From NCBI GenBank assembly GCA_004022145.1, contig RCNU01000002.1: DNA of 64,000 nucleotides; one strand, given 5' to 3'. A program made the position numbers and the translations under genes. Source of the stretch: Paecilomyces variotii. Lineage: Eukaryota. Positions 49,686 to 60,445 of the stretch are shown here, piece by piece (the stretch's first letter is position 1; every line of letters starts with the position of its first letter). A model generated the notes under the pieces. The model was given only the letters and a program-made list of their open reading frames with translations. It did no database searches and was not told the DNA's origin.

Positions 49686-50840
49686 GACGCGCTGCGCCGT
49701 GCGCCGTGATCGATAATCAAGGGATGTTCCTTTCTCTCTGAGAACGTTCGCAGGGAGAGCAGGCGGAGAGAAAGAGAGAGGGAGAGAGAGACAGAGAGGT
49801 GTTGGTAGAGTGTAAGTACAGTACACTGGGAATGGTACTTGAGGGGCCCCGGGCGATAAGGTCGAGCGATCGTCCCTGTGGTCCCTCCTCTGAGCTGTCG
49901 GCCACCGCCAGTTAGCGTTTAGCGCAGAAACGAACGAACTAGCGAGAACAGCCCAACTGTGAATCGTCCTGTGTCTGCAGAGGATGCTGGCTAAGAATCC
50001 CGTTGTCCCACTTCGTCCAGAAGAGACCCTGGGCCGCTGTGTGGCCTTTGTGCCTGGGGATCGTGAAGTAGTTAGATGGTTTAAGACAGCAGGAAGTAGG
50101 AAATAAGGAATACTTTCCGATGAGACACAGATGGTGAGAGGTCGCAGGTACAGTACGTAGTAATAGCTGGCCGGGCATGTATGGATTCAAATCAAATCGT
50201 CTTGTCATTCCTGGGTCGATGCAGGACACATCCGACAGAGATTCCCCCTCCTCTCCAGTGGTGTCTGGCCTGCTACTGGCTGTCTCGTCGTCCTGCTGAT
50301 GGCGCTGGAGAGAGAGACTGCGATGGTCTAGTCCTGGATTGAGTATAGACCGTCGTCATCCAGCCAGACGGCCTCATGGGTTCGGGTAAACGAAGGGGCA
50401 TTGAAGGGATGCCGTCTTCCTCTGGCGTCCCTCGCATGGCGTCGGCAGTCCATTGCAGCGCATCCCTGGCTGGATGATCGTCCAACGCAGCGACGGGCTG
50501 GAAGCGAAGTTTAAGGTGGTGGCTGGTCCAATAATGCTGAATGGACAGAGGGTGTTGTGACAGCTAAGAAAAGAAGCGCCAGTGAGCGTATCCCAGACAC
50601 TGCCAACCCAGTTTCTGCTTCCCCGCGGGAGAGATCGTCTGGACCATCGGGAATCGGGATGAGCCCGATGGTAAGGCAAACGCTTCTACTGCGGACGATT
50701 TTCTTTATCTTATCTGCTCTCCTCCCGATCACAGCAAGATCCTGCATGGATTTGTCGGGATGGTGCAGTCGTCGCGTTCTGGAACCATCGGTAAGTGCGT
50801 ATGTGCATTGCTCTCCAGAGGAACCCAGCAGCCAGCCAGC

Positions 50841-50873
50841 CAGCAATAGCAATAGCAATAGCAATAGAAATAG
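50841..50873. repeat. (AGCAAT)n short tandem repeat
   Basis: cagcaatagcaatagcaatagcaatagaaatag. Confidence 0.75.
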
Positions 50874-51367
50874 CAGCCGGATCGGGGTGTACAAGTGGCC
50901 GACCTTGTCTTCGAGCTGTGTCATGATTGACCGGAGAATCGATCGTCTTGTTGTTGTCGCCACAATGACGCGCGCGACATAATCTGGGGAATTAAGGCGG
51001 GACACACTAAGATAAGTCATGAGAGGAGAATCTATTCATTATACTGTTTGTTTCTCGAGGGGATACACATAATACACGGGAACCAAACCACATAGGCAAA
51101 TGCAAAAAACGCAGTGGAAATGGCTTCTATAACGCATCCCTTTTCCGACCGCCCAGCTGAATGAAGCACAGCAACAGAAGTCATGATCTATTCAAGAATA
51201 GAGGAAATAAAAGCTGGTGGATGGTAGTAATGTTACAGGCCCTCTCCGGTCTGGTCCGCACGGCCTTCCCACCGAACGCCCAGGAGAATCGGCGGCAGAA
51301 GGTCATCAAAAGAGGTTGTCACACAAGAAAAATCATGGCGGGCGACATGAACATGAAATTAGGTCAT

Positions 51368-52318
51368 TTATTTGGTAGCCTCGCGGAGGTAGCTGCAGAA
51401 AGCAACGAGTCAGTATTAGGCCGAAGACGAAAAATCCGGGTCGCACATACGTGATCAGGTCGTTGCGGTCCTTGTTCTTCTTCAGACCACCGAAGGCCAT
51501 CTTGGTACCGGGGATGTACTTCTTGGGGTTCTCGAGGTACTCGAACTGCAAGCTGGTCAGTCCTGTGTCCCGGGCGGGTCCGGCGACAGACGGGAAGTGC
51601 ACGGTACATACCAGAGTCTGCTCGTTCCACTCAACACCGGCCTGCTTGTTGGCGTCGGTGTAGGAGTAGCCCTCAACGGAACCGGTCTTACGGCCAAACA
51701 GACCGTGGAGCTTGGGGCCGACCTTGTTGGCGCCGTCGGCCTCGACAGTGTGGCACTGCGCGCAACGGGTCTGTCACGGAGGTTAGCGACTGCGCTCAGA
51801 GACGACGACGTCTATCGCATTCATATCAAACTCACCTTGAAGAGGTTGGCACCCTTGCTGGCGTCACCTGTGGCAGCAGTCGGGTCAGCGTTCTGTTTGA
51901 TTTTCTCCGTCTCCCCGGCTAGCTCGAGTTGCGCCTCGCGCTCCGCGATGACGATCGATATCCACGCCGTGTCCATCGACAATGGCAGCAGTAGTGTAGT
52001 AACTGGCTTTGCTCTTTGATCGCAGGAACAGAGACGGGCCAATGGCGGACGAGTGAAGACGGGCACGAGAATGCGATCCGGATGGGTTCGAAGGCAGCGT
52101 GCAATTGTCAACCCTCCGGAACCCCATGGCTGACCGGTCGAGCTCTCTCTTTGTCACAGCTTTCACTGCCATTGAGTTGAATCTCACCGCGACAACCGCC
52201 CGTTGAATTCACGGCGCAAAGCGAGCTAGCCGGGGCGTCCGCTCAGGTAGGCGAGGTAGGTAAAGGGAAGACAGCGACGAGTTAACTTACCATCCTGGAA
52301 ACCGGCGTCCTTGCCCAT
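51368..52318 (-). CDS. cycA: Cytochrome c, 112 aa, 5 exons
   Basis: Exons 52318-52291, 51867-51836, 51770-51612, 51545-51451 and 51392-51368 give [30 protein letters not shown]...[21 protein letters not shown]...YLREATK*, with the CxxCH heme motif. Confidence 0.98.
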
Positions 52319-52529
52319 TGTGAAAGTCGAAGGGGAGTGTGAGAGTAGAATACAACAAGAGAGGAGACGGCACGAAAGTTACAATATCCACAGGGGGATC
52401 GCAATTGAGGCAGAAATCAATGGAGAAAGACAGGATGGCAAGATTTTCTGCGGCCGGCGAGAATTTGTAGGCGATTCCCTGGCGATGAACGCACTGCGCC
52501 CGTCCTCGCCTCCCGTGACCGCCAGCAGG

Positions 52530-52549
52530 CCAATCAGACCGACGATGAT
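52530..52549 (+). promoter_or_regulatory. Bipartite CBC:HapX element (CSAAT-N12-RWT with overlapping TKAN) in the cytochrome c promoter
   Basis: CCAAT-cagaccgacgat-GAT has an exact 12-nt spacer, with TGAT 11 nt after CCAAT. It lies ~210 nt upstream of the cycA ATG. Confidence 0.75.
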
Positions 52550-53553
52550 TCAGCCGACGGGCGCGACCGGGAAATGCGCCAGTTTTCTTGTATGCTTGAG
52601 ATCCCGGCGATTCTGCTTCTTTTTATTATTATTATTCTGCTGTTCTGGATGAGAATTATTTATTGTAGGTTATATTATATTATATTCACTATTAAAATGC
52701 GCTCAGACAGTCCCCAGACTCTCATTATCACTGTCTTGTTCAGCTGGTCTCTCCGTCCGGTCCTGTCGGATATCACTCGGGCCCAATGACCTCACCACGG
52801 GCAACGGAAGAAGCTCTCCAGCAAGTAGTGAAAAGGCGCTGTTAATTATTATTATCTAGTTTACGACTCGATGGCGCCCCTTTCCAGTGGCCGTTGCAAA
52901 TGCCTGTCCGGCCATTTGCCATTCTTCTCGAATTATCTCACTCCACTCTGCTAAACCCCGTTGAGCAATCCGCCTCAGCCCGTCCCGGGTAATTCACTTC
53001 TCTCTCCCTTTCTCCCGGTCGATAGCTATCTATGGTCTTCTATTCCGCCGTCTGGAATTTGTTGGCAGCCTCCATTCTTCTTCCCAGCGATAATAATATG
53101 TGATGCAATCTGACAAGACAAGTTCCCGATCGCATCACGAAGAGAATTTCCCATAGATATTATTGCAAGTATCTAGCCAGATTGCCAAGCTGTAATACAT
53201 AACTAACCACATAGCTCATGAGCTGTTGAGCTCACCCCAAGGTCTCACGGATTCTCCATCATAGGCCTGTCGCTGGAATAGTAAAAGAACTGCCATCTCG
53301 AGCATAGATATAGGTAGAAAGTCCATACGTGGAAGCATAATAATTATGAATCTATCTATAGTAGTAATGACTACTGCAGTACCTTACTCTACTCTACAAT
53401 GTCATCGTAATCGTATCACGTGATGCTCCCTCCAACATCCGCGCGGAGAAAGAAAATCACTCCGCCTTGAACAATCCCAGGTAGCCAACTCCGAGCAGCC
53501 CAAAGGAACATACCCCCCAAGGCCCTTCATACAGGGCAATTATCATCCCAATC

Positions 53554-54471
53554 ATGGCAACAACTGCAATCCCCCAGTTCCTCCTCCCGCGAGGCATCTC
53601 CCCATTGACACTCCGCTACTTCATCATCCGCCGAACGACCAAAACCACCACCACCAAACACTCTTCCTCCGCATTCTCCACCATCGCATCCAGACGCTCC
53701 TCCGCGACCGATGAAGGCAAAGCGCGCGTCCTCGCGCAGCCGGACAAGTTCCGCCCTCCATCCCATCCCTCGCGAAGGGTGCTGCAGACGCGCAATGGCA
53801 AATTGACCGCCCCGCCGGTGTATCAGTATGGACCGTCGTTGACGGAGAAAGAGAAGGAGGAGATGGCCAAGAAGAAGTATCCGAATATGTTCCCTCCAGA
53901 GGGGACGGTGATGCATAAGTTTTTGACGAGTCGGTGGATTCATGTTTGGATTGCTATGGTGAGTTTATTTCAGTTGCCTTTTTTTTCTTTCTTTTCCAGC
54001 TGGAAGCATAGGCTGCCATGGGAAAAAAAATGCATGATTTCATATAATACACATCAAAAACATACAAAACTAACACACGAAACAATCTAGTCGGTCCTCA
54101 CCACTCTCGCCACATTCACCTTCACAACAAACTTCAAAGCGACCTCTCCATTCGCGCATCTCCTCCCACCCTGGTCCGGTCTGCTCACGCACCCAATCGA
54201 CACCATCTCCCAGGCCATCTCCGTGTACAAGATGCACGTTCAGCACAACTCCATGCTGACTCGCGAGAAGCGCCATCGTCGCATCGAGGACGCCGAGAAG
54301 CGTCGACAGTACCGCATCGCGCATGGTCTGGAGGAACCGGAAGATGCAGGCAGCAGGCCTGTTGAGGACGATGCCTCGCCGATAGCGGGTTCAACCAAGG
54401 AGCAGGATAATACCTACGTGGATTTCGAGGGGAAGAGGAGGCCCATTAAGAAGTGGTTGGGTATTTGGTGA
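53554..54471 (+). CDS. Conserved fungal hypothetical protein, probably mitochondrial single-pass membrane, 2 exons
   Basis: Exon 1 53554-53958; intron 53959-54090; exon 2 54091-54471. Acid-free R/S/T-rich N-terminus, motifs QPDKFRPPSHP and YPNMFPPEGT, hydrophobic WIHVWIAMSVLTTLATF, ends KKWLGIW*. Confidence 0.85.
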
Positions 54472-54598
54472 GGGGGGGTATTTTGGTGTCTTTACGTTAC
54501 GCGGTATGATACTTTTCTCTCCAGGAAACGATTCGTTCCGGTGATAAGGTTGCGATTGCTGGGACGATATAGCGTCGAGTCATCCGCTATGAAGGACT

Positions 54599-54699
<101 letters not shown>

Positions 54700-55242
54700 T
54701 CGAGATGCGTGTCCTACTCTTCTGCGGGCTCCCTTTCTTCTTTACTTCAGAAAACCTACCTATGTATTTTCATTCTCATCACGCCTTCTTACTTACATGT
54801 ACGATATACATGACTCTGGTCAAAAATCTATAACTATAGCATATTATAGTTCAGTCCATCCATCCATCCATCCATGCCTACTCTCACAATTCCTTTCTCC
54901 AATAGTCCTCTTCAAAGGAATATTTGCTCAAAAGATTGCCTCGACGCCACCATGATCCCAACTGTATACATAGAAGAAAACTGACCAAGGTTTTTTCTTC
55001 GGAATCAGGAAATATCTTTTCTATTACTCCTAGACTAAGTTATTTAATTCCTGCCAAAAGGAATGAACCTTTTTTTCTTTTCTTTTCATGCACACCCCAT
55101 CCCTTTTTAAAAGTACATGTACATACATCTAACCCGTTCGCGATGCAGGAATAGAATCGAATCCGGAAACTCCATTTCAAGATGTTGTTAAAAAAAAAAA
55201 AAAACCCCCCAGAAGTAAAAGACGCGACGCAACGCCGTGAGG

Positions 55243-55270
55243 AGCATAGCATAGCATAGCATAGCATAGC
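55243..55270. repeat. (AGCAT)5 pentanucleotide repeat in the RRP42 3' region
   Basis: agcatagcatagcatagcatagcatagc. Confidence 0.85.
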
Positions 55271-55315
55271 AAAATATCAAACCCCAAAAGCGAATGGCTT
55301 TCGCGTTTTATATAC

Positions 55316-56567
55316 CTAGTGAACTTCCACCCCCTCCAATCCCTCCATGACTTCATCGCCAACACCGCCCTTCTCAAGCACCATCTTGACCATGCGTGCA
55401 ACCGCACTTCGCTTGACGCCACCTCGTCGGGGTCTCCAGACTCCGGAGACGTCTTCCTGGCTCGTAGAGGGGTTGAGGATCTGTGCCTCCTCTGCAGCTG
55501 CTGTGGAGCCTAACGTGGCCACGTTCTCGGAGTCCGGTACGCCGGGCTGCGTCAATCGTGATGGGGGATCGATGGTGCGGATCGAGAGTAGTTTCAGGCC
55601 TTCTGTTTCGTATTCGCGGGCGACGGAAATGGCGAGGACCGCTTCAGCAACAGCGATCTCTTCCCGGGTAGGGTCGAAGATGACATTGTCGCCAGCGGAG
55701 ATCACAAGCAGAGTAATTGGAGGTCGGACTTGTTGCAGAGATGCGTTTGTGCCAGGTCGAGCACGTGGGTATAGGTATTCGGCGAGGTCCCAGTCGTCTT
55801 CGAAGAAGGGATCTTCTTCCCCGTGGGATTTGAGCTTAGGGAGCTTCGTGGAAAGCAGTGCAAGATGGGTCGTGAGAGAGAGCAGAGGCAGAGGGTAGGA
55901 TGTAGGCGGGGAGAGAAGAAGGATCTATAATCACACAATGTTGGCATAACGGTTTGCGAGAACCGCTCAAAAAGCGATTGGAAAGAATGTCACTCACGTC
56001 GATATACAGCCTCCAGTGCCATCTCTTGTTGATCACCAATCTCCCCTTCAGACCTCCCTCCATAACATCGTCACCGTCGTCGTCGCGACCCTTCCTCCCG
56101 GATGAACCAACCAACGATTCTCTCATCATTTCGGACAGGAAGACCGGCAACGCATCGTCGTCCCGAAACCCAGGGATCTCAATGGACATCTGCACCCACG
56201 AGCCCTGTCCCGCCCTCGATGCGGATCCTTCTTTGCCCTCTCCATCCTCATCCCCTTCAGCAAAGTCTTCCTGGTCCTGCTGCTGTAGCTGCCTCAGGTC
56301 CAATGTACCCGTTGTCAGAACAGTCTTCTCAACCTCCGCCTTCACACCCACGATGGCCTCGGAGCCATCTGCAAATCCGATGCGCGCACTGCCATTCGCG
56401 CCTGGGACGATGCCCGTTTCTGCAATGAGAGGTCGAAACTGTGCCGGTGCTCGACCGTCTGGTCGAATCGGTCCCCCTGGGAGAGCGAGAGATGTGTAAA
56501 GGTAAGAAAGTTCGGCGGGGGAGAGCAGCGGGGCCTGCGAGGCGGACGAGGCTTGTTGCGGTGCCAT
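55316..56567 (-). CDS. RRP42: Exosome complex RNase PH-like subunit Rrp42, 2 exons
   Basis: Exons 56567-55998 and 55924-55316. Motifs LSPAELSYL...IRPDGR..QFRP..AETG..PGANGSARI..DGSEAIVGVKAEV, WRLYIDILLLS, ALLSTKLPKL, FEDDWD, FDPTREE. Confidence 0.93.
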
Positions 56568-57966
56568 TGGAAGAGCTCAAGTAGCTTTGTTTGTGAGACT
56601 GCCATCAAGTCAGTAGATAGAAGGGTAAATCTGAAAGCGTGGATAGTTACCTCCGTCCTTTTGTTCCAGGGATTCCCTTGGGAGGGGGCAGCGCTGTTGC
56701 TGCTGCACTGCTGCAGCTGGAGTGCGCCTTATGCGAAAATCTCCGGGTTTAACGTGCTCTTTCTCAGAGCGCAATATGTGCAGGAAGTGCGTCCCAACTT
56801 GGAAAAAGTAATGTGTCTGGACCGCAGCTTGGATCAAACAGAAAAAAAGCACCAGGCAAGGCGAAAGTCTTCGAAATGACGCTGTCCGTCTTCTTGATCT
56901 GGAAATTCCGGCGCAAAGTTGCGGTTTGTTCTGCCCCACAATAATTGTTGCCCTACTACATCCAGCGGCCAATCATACAACGAGGCTTCAAGTATGATAT
57001 GTAGTTCGGTCGCTCGATCATCAACACACGCAGTAAGTCCATAGATCAAAGTCCAGTCCCCCAAAATTGCTATTCATAGTTACCAGGGCTGGATATGTTG
57101 ATCGCTACTTATATGCTGAAATTCTATGATAAAAGCTACTAGAATCGCAAGGACACACGTATTTCTGTTTCATTAAGTATGTGCAGAGGCAAACAGATGC
57201 CCATGTAGGACTATAATTACATATAAGTGATAATAACGGGCACCACTGACCAGCGCAGTGGGCCAATACAAAGTATCAGATTCAGTAGGCGGATACATGA
57301 CTGGAACACACAAAAACCTACGCCTTTCCTCAATGCTGCGATCAAGACCAAAGGAGCTCAGTAGTAGAGAGGGCTCGGAGTAAAGGAATGTACAGGGAAG
57401 TGGATGCAGTATATGGAGACGACACAAAAGGAAGGAATAAACGAGACGGGCCACCTGAAATGAGCAACTTCGGTAGATGCAAATGAACGCCAGTGCAGTA
57501 GTTTTCCGCGTCTGGCGCGGTACACAGCAAAAGGATATAGACTTCGAAATACACATTGTGGGTATGAAGCGAAAAAGAAAAGAAAGAAAAGAAAAGAATG
57601 GCTGGCGCAAGATACCGAGGTAACAAGTCGCGAGGCCGGAGATCTATAAACTGGCCTTTGGGGTATGAAAGTAAATAAAAAAATATAGGAAACACCCGGG
57701 CTAACCCTTGCCCCACCCCTGTCGATAAAATCACAGACGCAAAACCTCCACCGGCAAATAATGAGAAAGGATAGCATATACCGAACGCCTTCTTGGGTTA
57801 TAGATCCGTATATGTGCGGTCTTTCGCTGTTTTTTTGGTGCCACCCCAATACCAGAACAAAAGGAACGTAAGAAAAGAATTGTTTCAAAGAGAGTCACTG
57901 CATGACCAGCGTCAGACAGGAAGAATGTTTTTAGCTCGAGTTCGTGCCATAAAGGGGCCGTCTGAA

Positions 57967-60445
57967 CTATCGGTACGTAGCTCCAGCCGCGAATAGATCC
58001 GTTGAAGCCGTACTGTGCCACTCGCTCTCTTCGTAGGGAGGAGTCGGCCACTGACGATTCGAATTCTCGTCCCCTTTCATGCCAGTTGCCTTGGATCGCC
58101 TTGAAGGGGTCTCGCTCTGGCCGAAAGTGACTCCGTCGCGTCTCGCAGAAGGTGAAGGGGTAGGGTACGGATTGGACACCGAGCGGCTATCATTCTTCTG
58201 CGTCAAGCTTTCGTTGGAGGACTCCTCGTTCAGCGCATGCCCCTGAGCGAGACGCTTGGCAGCCTTGTGCGTTGAATAGAGCACCTCATGGAGCAGCTCG
58301 TCCTCCTCCTCTGGGGTCTCGTATCGATGAACCGGATGAGACGTCATCTGCATGGCTCGGCGCGTCCGACTCGAGACTGGTGCACTAGTTCCAGACAAGG
58401 AAACGGGGCTCTCTGGCAGTGATCGGACGGAGCCTTGGGGCATAGACTGGCGTTTTGCTTGCGAATTCGGTGCAGGAACTTGTACAGGGATTTCAGTGGT
58501 TTCGAGATTGTACTTCACATTCTGGAGCGCCTTGTCCAATTCAGAGAAGTCGGCGTTAGACTTCCCCTCCGCGTTGACTGAATCGAGGGCCATCGATGAA
58601 CGGTTTGACCACGGAACGCAGCCGGCATTGGCCTCGATATCATCATTCGCAGCGGCAACCTGGTTGCGGCCGGACAGTCGACGAGCCCGTTTGCGCAGGT
58701 GAGAGAAGAAGCTTTCTTTCTGAGTACCAGACGGAGAGATCAGACCAGTACCGTTGAGCGCTCTCTCAGCCTCTTGTCGATGAAGCTCCGCATAGTGGTT
58801 GCCATGGGAGTTAACTGACAGCTGGCGGCCAATCTTCTTGCTGGCCGACTTTCGGTCGATATTGGCGATATTGGAGCCATCACCACCATGGGCAACGCTC
58901 GAGTTAGCCTGCGCGGTGACGGCGTTCGACAGCGGCGAAACGGGTCTGATAGAAGGCAAGATAGGCATTGGGGCTCCATTCGTCCACGTAGCGCGCTTGT
59001 TGACTGATGATCGACCTTTAGCCACCTGCACGTCAGGTACCGTATTGTACGTTACCACCGATGGCCGCAGCAGGCCGTTGTCATTCTCAGCAGCAACTGG
59101 TGCAGCAGGGCTGTCGGATCGTCCGATGAGGGATCTTCTAAACCAGGATGACTTCGATGACAGAGTTGGTGACTCGCCAGCTTCCTTCGACATAGACTTG
59201 AAGCTCTTGTCGGACTGTTTCCGGCCAAGCAACCGGGCGGTCGATGACTTAGGACGGAGGGGATCCACGGCATCAGCAAAGTACTCGTGATTGAGTGCCT
59301 GCGTCGATGTCGGTCTATTCTTGGGATCCCACATGAGACACCAGGTGACAAAGTTGCTAAGAGCAACCGGCCATTGAGGGGGCTGCAGGATGCTCTCCAT
59401 CGAGTGCGGGGCCATCTAGGGAAAATTGGTTAGCTCACCGCTTTTTGTCTCAAATGGCTCAAATTACTTACCTTGGGGAACGTGAAGCCCAATTTCTGGG
59501 CCAACCGCGTACCATCTCTCCATTCACCACCTCCAATCTTTTGGCCGGTCTTGCTGTACCAATTGCCCGGGCTGCCCATGATTTCACACACGCGCCACAC
59601 CTGGTCAACTTCATTGCCTCCAGGGAACAGCGGCTTCAATGTAGCGATTTCAACAGCCATTGCACCAACAGCCCACATATCAACGGGGGCGGAGTATTCA
59701 CCCGCCCGCAAGAGGACTTCGGGAGCTCGATACCAACGTGTCGAAACATATGTTGTGTATGGTAGCTTCGAATGCGTCTCTCGAGCCAGTCCGAAATCAG
59801 CGATCTTCACCGTGTACGAAGGCGGAGTCGAAGGGGGAGTAACGAGAGTAGAGTATCGGCTGAAGGTGGAGTCGTTCGGGGCAGATGTCGAAACGAGGAT
59901 GTTTTCGGGCTTAATGTCACGGTGGAAGAAGCGATGCGCGTGGATGTGGTCGAGGCCGGAGAGGATCTGGTAGAGAATGCTCTTGACGACCCTTCCATCC
60001 AAGTATTTGTGGTCTCTCGCCTTCATCAGCTGGTACAGGTTGCCATCCATGTACTCCATGGCGATGTGGAGTTTCTTCGTCAGCGGGTCGAGGAAGATAT
60101 CGAGAGCCGGCACGAGGTGAGCATGATTGGGCAATGTACGCAAGAAGATCACTTCGCGAAGCTCCATGCACGGAGCGAAGGACTCAAATGTCTTCTTCAT
60201 CGTCTTGATTGCGACCTGTTGGGTTGGTATTAGCACAGAACGTCATTCTTGGGCCAATAAGAAGAGACATTGCTCACCATCGTGCCGCGTCGTGCAATGT
60301 GCGAACCAGCAGTTCGCGTGCGTGCCAGGACGACACTCCCGAAACTACCATCTCCAATTTCCTTTAGCACTTCGAATTTCTCTTCCAAAGATGCCATGGA
60401 AGTTTGGGATTGCCCCCGATGGGGGTAGTCATGGGAGACCGTCAT
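57967..60445 (-). CDS. imeB: Ime2/ImeB (MAK/ICK-like) protein kinase, 3 coding exons
   Basis: Exons 60445-60278, 60215-59472 and 59415-57967. Motifs IGDGSFGSV, VAIKTMKK, FFHRDIKPEN, IADFGLARE, TxY activation loop YTTYVSTRWYRAPE and a long S/P-rich tail. A 5'UTR intron is likely (GTAAGT ~60566 to CAG ~60466). Confidence 0.96.
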
